Source of the DNA: Octopus vulgaris
Taxonomy: Eukaryota
Assembly (NCBI GenBank): GCA_951406725.2
Contig: OX597814.1
Coordinates: forward strand, 156,302,001 to 156,366,000
Direction of reading: 5' to 3'
DNA length: 64,000 nt
Position 1 is the stretch's first letter. Each line of letters begins with the position of its first letter. Shown in pieces: positions 12,353 through 27,980 of this stretch. The notes beneath the pieces were generated by a model. The model saw only the letters and a list, made by a program, of their open reading frames with translations. It did no database searches and was not told the DNA's origin. A program made the translations under genes and the position numbers.

Positions 12353-12894
12353 TACAAACCTCCATGTGATCGGCTTGAAAAGTTCTTAAGATATTTCCCT
12401 ATTTTTCTTAACATGTAACCAGTAGTAACCTAATCCACAAATATAGAAATTCTATTCAGCAATGAGGTTTTGAGAACACATCTTCATCGTTCAATATTTA
12501 CGTATATATACATGTGTGAGTGTGTGTATGTCGGTGTGTGTGTGTGTGTATGCGTGTCTTTTTGCACATGTATGTACGTACTTGTGGTTGAATGGCCGAT
12601 CTACATTTATGCATGCATCCAAGCACGAAATTATGTGGATCTAACAAGACACAGAGTTCCCTTTGTTGTTTGAAGTAGAAGGTCTTTTATACGTGGCGAT
12701 ACGTTGGTCGATAGTCCAACGGTTTCCTTTTCAAATACTCTCATGGAAATGTAACAATAAATCAAGTACAGTGCAAGAAATATTCATTTCTGTTTAGATT
12801 CGATAGAACACTTTCACACCTTGTTCATATATATGCGTGTGTACATGCTTGTTTTTGTGTGTACGTATGTGTGTGTGTATGTGTGTGTATGTTA

Positions 12895-13380
12895 CATCAC
12901 ATATTGCCAATCACTACGGTCCTGTATCACCTTTGTCATCTCTTCGCTAAGATGGAAATGCTACAGGTCAGCGTTAACGTCTCTGTCCCTAGTTTTTCTT
13001 GATCTTCTTCCCTCTTCACTTAGAGCACTCGGCAATTTTATGGGCAGTAGCCATAGTCCATGTCCGTAGCAACATGTCCGTAGCAACGCAAACTCCTCGC
13101 ATGCAAACTAAACCTGACTCCATTTATGTCTCGTTTTCTTAGTTAATTTCAAATTGTTATTCATGTACTCTAATATTCCATATCCATCGGAGCATGCTAG
13201 CTTCATTTGCTTCTACTCTTGGCTAGTTTAGTACTTCGAAGGTTCGTGTCTGGATCCCGGGCACATTGCATTTTTAACACAAGCATCATTCTATGTGTCT
13301 TTCATTTGGAAGGAAAAGCAATTTGTTGCCAGACGTAGCAATAATACTTTTATTTCTATCCCGTTCTTACCTGGTTACTA
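12895..13380 (-). mobile_element. RTE-clade LINE 3' fragment
   Basis: Minus strand encodes EASMLRWIWNI.. and GRRSRKT....EEMTKV, typical of RTE C-termini. Confidence 0.65.
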
Positions 13381-13454
13381 TATGTGTGCGTGTTTGTGTG
13401 TATGTGTGTGAGAGAGAGAGTCAGTGTATATGCGTGTGTGAATTAGTATGTGTG

Positions 13455-13655
13455 TATAGTACCTGTATTTCAAAGGGCCAGCCTTGTCACATTCTGTGTG
13501 TCACGCTGAATCTCCTCGAGAACTACGTTAAGGGTACACGTGTCTGTGGAGTGCTCAGCCACTTGCACGTTAATATCACGAGCAAGCTGTCCCGTTGATC
13601 GTATCAGCTGGGACCCTCATCGTCGCAACCGACGGAGTGCTCCTATAGTACCTGA
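13455..13655 (+). mobile_element. SINE family C 3' part, flanked by direct repeat tatagtacctg (possible TSD)
   Basis: cacgctgaatctcc..gtctgtggagtgctcagccac.. matches 27840-27980; the 11-nt repeat is at 13455 and 13644. Confidence 0.8.
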
Positions 13656-14321
13656 ATATATAATCAAATTTTTTTAATGAATTTGAATTCACAATCTCTA
13701 ATAATGCAGTTCGGTATCTTTGTTCGTATCTCAGTAAAAAAAAGTACAATATGCAGAAGTATTCTAACTGGCAGTTGTGTATATCATTGTTTTCGTTTCT
13801 GTTGTCGTTGTTGTATATACAAACTCTAACTACGATCGAAAATGCTGGAAGTCCTGCCAGCCCTTACTATCATGTTTTCTGCTATACCAAATATAATATT
13901 CTTGATTGTCTGCTTGTTTCAGCGGGTAGTATATGATTCGCTGCTAATTTTAGTAGAACAAACGAAACAGAGTCCCCTATGATTTTTTAGTGACGTGAAT
14001 TTCGTTTTGATACATTAGTCTTGTTAAATTGTTTCCAATACCTTCATTTTCAAATAGATTCATGGAAAATATAGTAAAATATTTTTATCTGTCAAATGAA
14101 TTTAAGTTTACCGCGAATTAAAATCAAGCGCTATGCCTAAAAGAGTCATTTTTATGTAATTAGATGTGGCTGTAGAGCACGTATTTTATGTACATGGGTC
14201 CAGTTTAGATAGCTCGGCGTAGCATGTTAGGCACGTGACTTCCTCATAACATCAGTTGGGTATTTGTAATTTAAATTCCACATAAATATAAAAGTGTATG
14301 CACATATATATATAGAGAGAG

Positions 14322-14322
<1 letters not shown>

Positions 14323-14394
<72 letters not shown>

Positions 14395-14400
14395 TAGATA
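14323..14400. repeat. (TAGA)n microsatellite
   Basis: Direct reading. Confidence 0.95.
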
Positions 14401-15099
14401 TATCATGAAGACACGATTATATTCAAGCTTAATTATTCCCATTAAGAAGTTTCACAAGCTTAAACCGATAAGTCAGATGACGTACCACACGAACAACTCG
14501 ATCCCGTAACAAAGCCTATTTGAGAGATGGTAAAAAAAAAGCTATGTAGTGATACTTCTAGGTTGTGGATTCTCACAAGGCGTTAGTTTGAGTGATAGAG
14601 GAGAGGAGTGAAATTAAACAGAAAGAAATAAATCAAAATATACTTGTAATTTTAGGGTAAATAGAAAAAAGTGCGCAGATAAGGGGTGTAAGTGTAGGTT
14701 CGTGTCACGAATTGAAACAGACCTATGCACTTGAGGTATATTTTATGAAAATGTATATGAGATAAAAGTCTGTGAGATACAATAGCTATAATCAGTTTGA
14801 GGGAACACGGGTGAGTAATAATGAGGTATAAGTGAATGTATAGAGGCAGGGATTACAGTTATGTAAAGTAGAATACCGTAAATGATAAAATCTATACTTC
14901 AGTAGTAGTGGGAGAACTTCAGAAAATAGTGTTGCTATATTCCGCACACATATTACACCGGGTACTCTCCATGAGATGAGGATCTGCTGTGACACTAGGG
15001 TCAAGGGATGACCCCGGTTCAGCAGAATTTAACGGACCATATTATAATTAAAAAAACAAATAATAATAATACGTTTTTCCACAAGTGCAGCTTGTGAGA

Positions 15100-15244
15100 G
15101 AGGTTTAAGTTGGTTATATCGACTTAAACCTCAGCTGGTACTCATTTAAACGACCCCGAAAGGATGAAAGGCAAAGTCGACCTCGGCGGAATTTGAACTC
15201 AGACCGTAGCGACGGGTGAAATACCTATTTCTATACTACCCACC
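15100..15244 (-). mobile_element. SINE family A, headless unit
   Basis: cgaccccgaaaggatgaaaggcaaagtcgacctcggcggaatttgaactcaga, including the multimer junction gaaatacc|tatttc. Confidence 0.85.
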
Positions 15245-15249
15245 TTAAT

Positions 15250-15289
15250 AATGATGATGATGATGATGATAATAATAAAAATAATAATA

Positions 15290-15335
<46 letters not shown>

Positions 15336-15375
15336 CGATGATGATGATGATGACGATGATGATGATGATGATGAT
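15250..15375. repeat. (GAT)n/(AAT)n microsatellite
   Basis: Direct reading; source of the poly-M and poly-I pseudo-ORFs. Confidence 0.95.
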
Positions 15376-15846
15376 AATAACAACAAAAAACAAACAAATT
15401 GACGTGTCATTGAATCAAACCTTTCCGATTAAATATCGACATTGTTAAGCTGTATAGAATATAGTTTATTGATGCAAGCTAAATGGGCTTTAAATCACTG
15501 AAGCTCAACGCTATGACCTACTTTATGAACAACTTGTATTGACTTCAATATTGATCTACTGTAAAAGATCATATAGACTGAAAGATCTAATCGACAATTT
15601 TCCTTTTCTATCTGAATGTGATTTCTAAACAGTGTTTTTAACTTGATAGTTTTTGTGTGACAGTACATATATATCAAAACAAAACAATGAGAAATCAACT
15701 ACGTCGCTTTAACGCAAAACTTTTGTTTCCTTAACTAAACGTCTTGTTTTTTTTTCCTCTCCCAACACCCATAATTCTGTCTGCCAATTACTATGTATTT
15801 ATCTATACAAACACCCTCATACATATTTACGCATGTATGTATGTTG

Positions 15847-15923
<77 letters not shown>

Positions 15924-15982
15924 CATGCATATGTGTATATATGTATAACTGCATATGCATAAATGTGTATAAATGTATATGT

Positions 15983-16017
<35 letters not shown>

Positions 16018-16279
16018 ATATATACATACAGATATATATACATATATATATATATACACACACACACACCCACGCTAACATACACATACATTCATGTCGA
16101 TGGAAGGAGTTTAGCGATGGTCTGAATCGGGGAAAAAGCTACATGTTTGTTTTTTTTAATGTGGTTACTGACCGGAAAAATATAGAATTCTGACGTTTCG
16201 GACAGTATTATCTAGAGAATACACTCAATCATACATCACACATCACACATCATATGCGCACGCCGACACACACATCACA

Positions 16280-16319
<40 letters not shown>

Positions 16320-16685
16320 ACACAAGCACAGACAGGCACACACACACATATGTTTATATACAGAGAGAGAGAGAAAAACAGACAGATAGAGAGTGTGTGT
16401 AAGACAGAGAGAGAGAAAGAGGGAGGAGGGGAGAAGGTGAGAGAGTTGTGTGTATAAAGGATAGTGCAAGCATGCGGGGAATAGAATCTTCTGAATATTG
16501 AATATGCAGGCTGATGTAGTTAAATAAGCAAGAACTAACAATTTACTAAGTTTTAGTGTCCCATAAATCATGTGTCTATGTGTGGGTATATATTATACAT
16601 ATACTCATGTATAATATTATATACATATCTACATATACATGCGTCTGTGTGTATATTCGTGTGTACATATGTATAAGTGCGTATC

Positions 16686-16918
16686 TTATTTCTTTACTGC
16701 CCACAAGGAGCTACACACAGAGGGGACAAACAAGGACAGGCAAAGGGATTAAGTCGATTATATCGACCCAAGTGCGTAACTGGTACATATGTAATCGACC
16801 CCGAAAGGATGAAAGGCAATGTCGACCTTGGCTGAATTTAAACTCAGAACATAACAGCAGACGAATTACTGCTAAGCATTTCACCCGCCGTGCTAACGTT
16901 TCTGCCAGTTCGCCGCCT
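16686..16918 (-). mobile_element. SINE family A, full monomer with long tail
   Basis: Reverse complement of the head (aaggcggcgaactggcagaaacgttagc) through the tail (gggcagtaaagaaata). Confidence 0.9.
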
Positions 16919-17904
16919 TGTATAAGTGTGTATCTGTACTTATGTAGGTATATCATTAACTCTCCTTATTCAGCGAGATTCTAAAATATTGAGCAAAGAT
17001 AATTTCCCTAAATCCTATATACATACTGTTATCTACAGCCACCTTAAGTATCTCTGTAACGGAATCCTTAAATGACAAGCTCCATTTTTTTTTTCCAGAA
17101 ATAAACGGTATTGAAATATCACGTTACTTTTACTTCTCTTTCATTTTAATTCTAGATTATATAAAGTTAATGTTAATGAAGTTGCATGAAAATTCTTTTA
17201 TGAATCATCTTCTATAAAACTAGATCGTTTATGCGTTGATATACTTACACATTAAACATCATAAAATTGCTTAAACACGCACGGTCCACAACTGTATAAC
17301 ATGCTTATCACATAAACCAGCGGCAATCAGCTTTGAAATATAATCTCACATAAATTCTAATCGGAATTTAATATGTATAAACTATATAATAATACATGTA
17401 GTAGAATTTACAAAATGCTCCTATGCCTGTGACGAACGATAAGATTTCGAAAGTTTGAGTTGTAATTTAAATATGTAATATTCAACTCTTAATAATTATT
17501 ATATACCGCAACATTACACCTTTACCAGCGTTTATATATACCTACATATATATACGCAACAAATTACTCCAAATCGTTGTTAGAGTATCCGCGTAAGTGG
17601 AGTGAAGTCTGGTTAGTTTGTACAGGAATCGAGTCGTATTGGTTATAATAATGAAGTCAGACCAAAGAGTAATATTTTGAAATCATTCAAAACGTGCTTT
17701 TCAGGTTTTCATAATATATAACAGGAAAGGCATCCATTATTATTACAACTAATATGACTCGATGTACAAACAAGTCGGTCTTGACGTCAATTATGCGGAT
17801 ATTACAACAACTATTTTAAGTAGTTTGTTATATTTAAATCGAGTCGAAAATGTTGGTTCCGTACACCACATCTTAGGGTAAAACGAAATACGAACATACA
17901 TATA

Positions 17905-18114
17905 TATAGTTAATCCAAACATGAAAACGCAAAGAGAAAATACAACAATGCGAGGATGTGGAACAAGTATAGTATTATTGGATGCTCATGAAAGAAGGAA
18001 AGAAGGAGGGTTTAACGTTTCGAGCGGAGCTCTTCGTCAGAAACATAGGAAAACAAAAGATCCGAAGAAGGGAAAACGGAGGGAAAAAATCGCCAACGGT
18101 GCACACGCGGTGAA

Positions 18115-18115
<1 letters not shown>
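17905..18115 (-). mobile_element. HHR-bearing PLE-terminus-like element; same family as 63727-63930
   Basis: gttaatccaaacat..gtggaacaagtatagtattattgga..cacacgcggt is shared with 63727-63930; flanked by TA/CA repeats. Confidence 0.8.
18010..18044 (-). ncRNA. Minimal type I hammerhead motif
   Basis: GUUU CUGACGA a GAGC ucc GCUC GAAA CG UU AAAC: PLE-type minimal fold with a GUU triplet. Confidence 0.7.
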
Positions 18116-18173
<58 letters not shown>

Positions 18174-18177
18174 TATG

Positions 18178-18216
<39 letters not shown>

Positions 18217-18478
18217 ATACGTGTGAAGACATTTTGTTAAATGAGAATCGTGTAAAATCTGCGAAAATTAACGCAATATCGTACGTAATTGAAATATTAA
18301 TTCAACTTTAAAAAATACAATTTTTAATGCTATGCTTCTATTTCGATAAATTACTGTAGAAGAATATAACAAATACACAAAGTTTGTACGCACGTAGATA
18401 TGTATGCATTCATATCTGGATAAATATATAGACACATATACACATCTACACATACATGTATGTATGAATGTATGTATG

Positions 18479-18512
<34 letters not shown>

Positions 18513-20608
18513 TGTATGTATGTATGTATGTATGAATGCATGTATGTATGCATGCATGCATGTATGTATGTATGCATGTATGTATGTGTGTGTGTATATA
18601 TGTATGTATGTATGTAGGTAGGTAGGTAGGTAGGCAGGCAGGTAGGTAGGTAGGTAGGTAGGTAGGTAGGTAGATAGGTAGGTAGGTAGATAGGTAGGTA
18701 GGTAGGTAGGTTGGTAGGTAGGTATGGTTTTTTTCGAGTTTTAGTTAAGTTCTTCAAAGAGTTCAGCCGGTTTCTAACAAAGCGACAAAGCTTTTTGAGT
18801 TAAGAGAGCTCCCGGTGTTTGTAAATATGTGGTTCAGCTGGCGTGTTGGTTAAACTGCTGATGCATGTGCCCAAGTGTAAGCATCTATTCACATAAGAAT
18901 TTCAGGTGGCGATATGTATGTATGTATGCATGTATGTATGTATGTATGTATGTATGTATGTATGTATGTATGTATGTATATATGTATGTATATAATGTAT
19001 TCATTCATTCTCAGTACCATTCTAGTAGATCCGAGCATGTATGTGCTGATCACTGTTGTATTTAGTCAATGAAGAGCATCTCACCGTAATCGATCTGTGT
19101 ACTGGCAGAATGTAATGAGAGTGAATAGAGACGTTGTTGTTTGGATTCTCTCTGCTCTGCAGTGCACTTGATGAATTAAAAGAGAGAGGGATGGATAGGA
19201 GCGATAGATATAAATTTACAGATAGACCGAAACAATGATTTATGTACAAAGTAGCAACCGAATGCATGTTGATCTTCAAAAACCTGCGGAGATATATAAT
19301 TTCCTTGATGCTGCTTTTATAAGTGTACATCTAGTTTTTGTATGTTTATGTAGAATCAAAGGTACTCCGATCTTATGCAATTGTATAACTGACCATCAAT
19401 CGTACTACACTAAAGTTCTATCTAATTTTTTCACAATATCATCATTACGAATCACTTCTAAAAGTTGTGAAAGTTATAATATCGATCTATTTGAGCTTCG
19501 TTGCTGCAGGGGGAAAATATGATAGCTAGGAAAGTGTAAGAGGGTAAGTACATATTGTTTTCTTATATACCCTTTTACAACATATCAATCCAGACTACCA
19601 CCTCACTCTAAAACATGCTTTCGTGTATTGCTTCAGATTTGTTCAAACTGATATTACACATCTTTGATGTTATAGGAAATCCATTGGTGCAATGTTTGTG
19701 CTTGTGCATGTGCGTATGAAGTAGAATGAAAGTAAAGTTTGTTCGTCTTTAGTGAGTTGCAATCTCAAATAGCGAGAGCGTTTATTTAGAAAATTTAATT
19801 CTCTTCTTATACTCATAAAATATATTTCATATATATTCACGTACGTGTATGTATGTATGCATATATAAACATGCATATATATGTGCATGCATGTGTAATT
19901 CGTATATATGTATGTGTATTTGTGAATATATACTTGTACATATATATGTGTGTGTATGTGTGTTTGTGCGTATAAGTGTGTACAAGTAAGAGCAAGTGTA
20001 TATACTATATGTACACAAAGTAATAAAGTTCCCCTATTGCGTGGTTTGGTTGTAACGGAAGGAATTTTTACGCCAATATTTTTATATTGATATACAAGTA
20101 TTTACAATTTCTTCCAGTGATTATAGAAACACAAACATTATGGAGTGGTAGATGTGAAAATGTGACGAATTCTAGCCATAAATAATTTTTATTAATTTGC
20201 GTATAGCAAATCTTTGCATCTCTTTATACATTCGTTATAATTTATTATGTATTTTTTTTTGTCTAGTCATCTAAACAGAAAGTGTGATTAAAAATATAGA
20301 CAAATATGCTAATAACTCCTGGAGTAATCTTTTGACAAGTACATGGTTTCCAAATTTGTCTACATTTTACTTTGGTATTTCTGAATTTTCTAAATCCCAC
20401 CTGAGGTCGGTTAAGACATTTCCATTCACTCTGCGTGCAGAACAGGTTCTTTGGCAGTCTGTCTACTAGTCTCATCTTCATATTTAGCATTACCTTACTA
20501 GTCTTTCTTTACAAAATCTTACGCTGGTAAGTCCTCTGAAACTACCAGCAGGAATGATGTGCACCCTGAAACTTTTTCACGATTTTGATCGATTGCTTTT
20601 GCATGTGA

Positions 20609-21190
<582 letters not shown>

Positions 21191-21759
21191 AACTGATGAG
21201 AAAGAATTTTTATTTTTGAGTTGAGCATTTATTAATAAAACTTTATTTGTGTGACGAGTGTAGTAACGCTTCATTAAAAGGGTAAGTTTCGGAGGGGGAA
21301 AATTCGGTTCTGATCAATATTACTAACAGTAAATGCAAATTTGGAGAGAAGAGATGTGAATATCCTGTTTGAGAATAAGCCAGTAATTACATGATATTTG
21401 TGTTATATCTAGTTTATTTAATGTAAATGATCTTTTAATCTGTAGTAAAACGATTCGGATTTTGTTACTTAAAAGTGTGGCATTAATTCGTAAATGCACC
21501 TTACTTTGTATGTTCCATTTCATACAGACTACACGCGCTTGAACAATAATTTTTGACGACTAAATTCATCATTTAAGCACTTCAACATAGAAATAATTAT
21601 TTTAGCGCTAGAAGGGATCTTGTGGTTATAAGTTTTGTATACAAATGGTCTGATTGATACATGTTAAAAGTGACATTTAAGTACTATTTCAATCACTTCA
21701 GTTTATTTTCAACAACCAAATATACCAGCTGTTTTGGTGTAAGTTATTGTGAAAAAGTG

Positions 21760-22350
21760 AAAGAGCTAATTATGAGCAAAATAAGAAAAACGAAAAAAAT
21801 AACAAATATCAACAACAAAGTGAACGTATTATGTCGTGAACAAATGTGAGAGCTTTTGGCGTTTCGGACAATTTATTCTTCATCTAGGAAAAGACAAAAA
21901 ATGTGAGACTAAAGTACATAGATTATCCAGTCAATTTGGTGAATAATGATAGATCAGAAGCAGGCTATGATTTGCAGTCCCAGGCAAAGGTAAATGAAAT
22001 GAGATATTGAGTGAATATATGTTTATGTACAGAAAATGCGTGTGAGCGTTATTTAAATTGAATAACTAGTAGGATTTGTGGGTATGTGAGGCAGAGAAAA
22101 ATGATGTGAGATGCTATGGATATAATACAATCTTTATATCAACGAGTGTAGAAGAGTATGTGAGTGGGATTGTAGGTAATGATAATAAACGATTTTCGAT
22201 GCTAACATAAACGGCATGACGGAAGGGAGATGAGGTGAATCTTCCTATATAAACATTTATTGGATTGAGGGTATAAGAGGAAAGGTAATTGATTATTGAC
22301 ACCTCAAGGATTGGCTCTCATGGAGGTCTGAAAATCAAGAGATATTCGCG
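21760..22350 (-). mobile_element. Possible decayed PLE 3' end (GIY-YIG tail + HHR remnant)
   Basis: Minus strand EYLLIFR..NP*GVN resembles PLE endonuclease ends; cuagauga..ucc GAAACG cc aaaa at ~21855-21890. Confidence 0.35.
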
Positions 22351-25300
22351 AAGTGGTTGAAGAAATTTAGCTCCATGCTGCAATGGTGGGGTGGCTTCGA
22401 GACTTGGATTGGTGCGCAGTGTATATGAATGAGTCATTGCTATTTAGGTTAAAATATTCAACTAGATATTAAACCCCAGCCTGCAATCTTACTAAATTGC
22501 TAAAACCGCCCTCAAAATAAAGCCAGACCATAGTTCAGATTCCGCAGTTGTCCACATTTGATCCATCTTAGGTAACGTCCCATACAGGAAAAGTGGGTGC
22601 AACTTCTACACACAGTCATACCAGAAGCTTTCAAAAATATTACTGTCTTGCTGGCTGGCAATTATCCTCTCACTCAAGTCATGGAACTAGTCACAATAAT
22701 AAGTTGTGATTCTTCTTCGAATGCAGGAAAACGGTAAAATATTCTGAAAAATAGAAAGACAATGCTATCAAATAAAATCCATACATTCAATAAATTTCGC
22801 CATAAGGACGCCAATATGTTTGCTGGTTTGGGATAAAGCTATTTCATTAGTCTTTTAAAAGTAACGTATTTGACAAATGTATATTTTATGTTTCTGTTCC
22901 CTATAAAACCTTGAAAATAAATCAATATAAATCTTTTATTGTTGTTATTTAGGCCACGAAATCAGAATGATTCCAGTTGTAACCCTGATATTTTACTAAA
23001 CTTCTCGGACTCCATTATTGAATGTTTCATTTATTTGGAAAGATGATAGGGTGAGATTTGATAGAAATTTGCCTGCTGCCTTGTGGGTAGAACAACCGCG
23101 TAGCTATCCATTGTTGGATGGCGTTGATGCTGCCATGGTGGCTGCAGAATAAAATGATATTCCTAATAAACTACATAGCAAACCCTCTTCCTCTTCCTAA
23201 TGTAGCCTTTTCAATTTATTTCAGGCATTCAGAAAACTATGCGCATTATATCATCTTTCTACTTGTAACTATGAAACGTTGAATCCCTACATGGATCAGT
23301 TTCGTGTATGCATTTGCGTGTGTGTGTGCGCATAAGTGCGTCTGTACGAATGTGTGTATATATGTTGTGTAAAATGTGGCAGTGAGTCTGCTAAATTTAT
23401 ATTATAGTTCTTTCATATCTTGGATGCATTGTAAGAATAAATGTATCGATTCCAGTAAAATATTTTATATTGAACGCCTGTACAGTATATTACATTTCAT
23501 TTTCTTTTGTTTCTCACCCCTTATCTTCGCTTTATCCATCTCTTTTTCTCTTTGTCTTATATATGTGTGTATATAACAAAAACGAGCGAAAAAGAGTAGC
23601 TCTGAATGGCCCGTGACATGACTTTGGATAGCAAGGAAAAAGAAAAGGGATACTAACTACTATGCTGTATAAAAAAAGCATATTTTTGATGTACTGAAAT
23701 TACCAAATCATCGAGAAAATGGAAACCATGCACCTCGCAGCAATTGCAGCTGACTCTTAATGAATATAGGCGTACGTGCCAGCATGTATGTTTGTGGTGT
23801 GGTGTGTATGTATGTGTGTGTGTGTGCTTGTTTGTGTTGCCCGTGTATGTGTGTATGTGGGTATGTAGATTTTGTAAATTTCATTAATTCATTAATTCCC
23901 TTAAAGTAACAAGTGTGAAAATATAACTAGAATGACCTATTTGTTTTGTTGTTGATATTTAGACACAGGTCAACCACTGGGAATCGGATTTAAAATCAAA
24001 GGCATTCCCAAAGAAATAAACCATTCGTTTGCCAGAGGCTACGTTGTTCTATTTATATGTCTTTATTAAAAGTAATAGATCTTTTGAGCCGTACATCGAA
24101 TAACCTATGGTTCAAATTCTTTGAATTGCAGTTACTGTTGTTTAGTCACAGTTCAACCTTTATCGAAGAGCCTATAAGTAAAAGCATGTCAGTTGTGAGC
24201 ACCACGTCTATTTGTAAGACTTAAAGAAATTACTTTTCTGTTCTCGCTGAAATTTCTTTTCTAGACTCTTCTAACTAAAGCATTAAAATGAGTTACAAAG
24301 AAAATGAAAGCGCTCAAAAGTCCTTGTCAAACTCACTGTGACTGGTGGTAGGAATATATCTTCAAACAGACAATATGAACCAAATGTTTGGAATAGAGTA
24401 AGCTCTACTAAATACAGAAAGGTTAGACAGTTGATGATATTTAATCAGGTGACGGATTAGGTGTATATCATGCAATATTCTGCACACATTTTAAAACAAT
24501 TTAATGTGATCTGTGAGAGATTTAATTGCTCTTTCTGAAAAGCTGAATAACCATGTGTAGGTTCCCTTGTTGGTTCCATCCTTCTAAGTACTTTTCTTCT
24601 TTGAACTTTTATCCATTTTCTTACCAGCTATTTATGTTTGCGTGAAAGTTAAATTAGCAGAAATAACTCCAGTCGTTTGCAGTACCGAAATTTCCCATGC
24701 TGCTTAAGGCACTGATGTCGGTTAATTGCTATAAGGAAAACTCTGAAAACGAAAGAAATCAAAACCAAATATAGCCAGCTTGGTTGTTTGGAAACTATAT
24801 ATAAGTCAATAGCGAAAATGTTGTTGTCGAGAAAATTCGCTGCTTTGATATAATGATGATTATAATAAAAATCCTGAATATAAAGAGCATTACACTGTGA
24901 ATAGATTAGCTTTCGGCACTGTAAACTACGAAACATCGATTACCTAAGAGTTCAACACGCCACCACCATTATTTCCATTACATGTTCCGCTGTAAGGCAA
25001 ACTGATTTTCAAGGCTTCATGCAAGACACAACACGGCAGTAAGTTTGCCGTTAAGAAATTAAGTTAGCGGCATATTTATTGTTGGTATGTTATTTCCTGG
25101 AGCGTTGAGATTTTTCAGTAATTTTTACGAAAATACTTTTCAATTTTGAAGACTCCAGAAACTTTCGAAACTTACTGATTTCTGTTCATAAAACGAGCAA
25201 AATTATGAATTGCAACTTCTATTATTACAGGAATTTATTTTTTTTTAACAAATATTAGTCACGATTCTCTATTTAATGAAATGCTATTGCTAATATCTAT

Positions 25301-25649
25301 TATTAGTTCATAACTACAAGATTTTAATATGATACGCGAACAATCATGTGTAGAATAGACACGCTTTGACTAGATATAAAGCTACGTCGGCAAAGTATAC
25401 ACAGCGAGTGGTCGGCTGCTGATATTGTGATTAACACTACGTTGAGTCCATGTTAATCACATGTAATTCTTAAAAAATGGTGTAGGCTATGAGCAACCCA
25501 AATGAGATGCGTAGGAAGGTACACTCTAGGATGAGATACGAAAGAAGACATTAGTGTTAATTTGACTTAGATATAGAGAGGTAAGATCCATAGTAACACT
25601 GTTGAAAATTTGGAATCGCTGGACAGGAAATGTGCACCTATGACAATGG

Positions 25650-26266
25650 TTAGCACTCAATGAGAAAAGAGTATCCACTCCCAAAATATGAGTACACACA
25701 AGAAACTTTATGCACTGTTTGGCGGGATATGAAAAGTGGTGTCTACCATGAAGTGCTTAAATATAACGAGAGTCAATGCAAAGAAACATTGTCAATTGTA
25801 AGTGTTGCAAAAGAATTTCCAGAAAAAGTTCACACACACACACATTGGTCAATCGTCAAAGGATAACGCAAGACCACATATTGCCCAAATCATTAAGAAA
25901 AACATTATGTCACTAAATTTGGAATTTTGGTCTCAATGTATTTGCTCTCGTTTTCATTTGCTCTCATTCTCTTTGCTCTCCTGATCATCATCTGACTACC
26001 ATATTTTCAGATGATTACAAAATTAAGAGGGAAAACAAATCATTAATTGGTAAGAAGGTAAAAATTATATAGAATGTTTCTTTGCCTAAAACCTACAAGA
26101 AGTTTATGCCTGGGGGAAAACACAATTTACCAGATAAATGGGATTATGTTATCAATAATGATCGAACATATTTGCTTGATTACATATATATATATATACA
26201 CATTAAACCCAAAAATAATTTCTTTCTTTATCTATCTTCAAATGTAACCGAACTGTCTTTCCAGCC

Positions 26267-26270
<4 letters not shown>
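25650..26270 (+). mobile_element. Mariner transposon remnant (3' half)
   Basis: Across frames: LCTVWRDMKSGVYHEVL, DNARPHIAQ, SDYHIFR, HNLPDKWDYVINND; these are mariner DD34D-region motifs. Confidence 0.75.
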
Positions 26271-26320
<50 letters not shown>

Positions 26321-27679
26321 ACACATATATACACTCTTACCCATTATTTCTCTCTCCTTTTCTCTATCATATACTTTCCTTCTTTCTTTCTCCTTTACAC
26401 AATGAACTGTTAATGACGATCCGTAAATGCTAAAGACATACTTTAAGGATTCTATCATTAAAAGAAAAAAAGTTAAACGAAGGAAAATTCAATCAAATAT
26501 GTGCATAGTGGAGAAATAGTAGTAATGTGGATTCTGGTAAGTAGATTGTTTCTTCTGTCATAGATTTGAACAACCAACAATGCGTGTGTGGCGTGTATGT
26601 ATCTGTTCGTGTATGTGTAGGCATATATCTGTGGATATGTGTATGTATATATATATATATATACATACACACATATACATAGATATATATGTCTACACAT
26701 ACACGAACACATATTTATATATGCATATATAGATGCATGCGAAAAACATTCAAATATATTCATGCTTACATACATATACACTTCTAAGACAGCGCATTAT
26801 CGTTTCCTATGCATAACACCACACATAGATATGATCCATTACATAATCATTTCGACCTTCTTATATGTGGGCCATTTATGCCTGAATGCGCGTGTGCACA
26901 TCTGTGTGCATGCGCGTACGCTTTTCTATGTACTTTATCTTAAAGTCGCTCATGTATTAAGCTTCTTTAAACAAAGTCTCACGTCTAGAGCATTCTCTAG
27001 TTCCAGATTTGTCTAACATTTCACCTAAGTATATATGTATGAAGTATATAAGTAATTCGGTCGAAGGTCACTTGATTCAGTATATATCACATTTCATGTG
27101 TAGTATGATGTCTTCTCAACCTGTACGCTTCCCTTTAAATCTTTACATCACGCAGGATATTAGGTAGCGTGGAGGAGAGCTTACTCTTAAATCTTTGATT
27201 GAGCAATACTCTTGCTTCACAATTTTAGTAATAATTAGGGAATTTTTGGTAGGTTGGGAAACACGTTCAGAATAGCAGATAAGATATTCAGCTGGAAAAT
27301 TATTTTTTAGCGAGATCCACTTCATGATACGTTCTCTTGATTTCAAGAGAATGCCCGGCAATCTTCTTTAGGCTTGTTAACTGAGTGGCACAGTGGATCA
27401 GCATTAATAATGTTAATCATGATTATCATTGTCACTGCAATGATTACTGCAATTCTAGAATGAAAGATGATTTGTTGAAAATCTAAAATCAATTAAATTT
27501 TTTGACTGAGCCTTTTTTTGATCGACAATCCACACAAGAAATGAGTAGTCGACTCAAACAGTATTCTGGGTTTAATTAGTTCCATGCTTAACTTAGTTTT
27601 TTGTTTAATGAGTGAATAGAATACAATAAAATATAATTCTAATAATGGATAATATATAATCAACTATACCTTTCCACAG

Positions 27680-27980
27680 TGAAGGTGCCTGGCTTAGTGG
27701 CTAGGGTATCCGGTTCACGATCATAACGTCAAGAGTTCAATTCCTGGCGACACGTTATATTCTTGAACAAGACACTTTATTTCACGTTGTTCCAATGCAC
27801 TCAGCTAGCAAAAATGAATATTACCTGTATTTCTGTTTCACGCTGAATCTCCCTGTGAACAACATTAAAGATACACGTGTCTGTGGAGTGCTCAGTCACA
27901 TGCATGTTAATTTCACGAGCAGGCTATTCCGTTGATCTGATCAACTGGAACCATCGTCGTCGTAAGCGACGAAGTGGCAG
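27680..27980 (+). mobile_element. tRNA-headed SINE family C
   Basis: A box TGGCTTAGTGG and B box GTTCAATTC; body shared with 13455-13655. Confidence 0.85.

Noticed and set aside
13058-13087. 14-bp tandem duplication catgtccgtagcaa
   Set aside because: Ordinary slippage inside a decayed LINE.
16186-16220. Minus-strand auucu cuagau..cugucc GAAACGUC agaau
   Set aside because: Probably a decayed HHR, but the core and half of stem II are missing, so it is not called.
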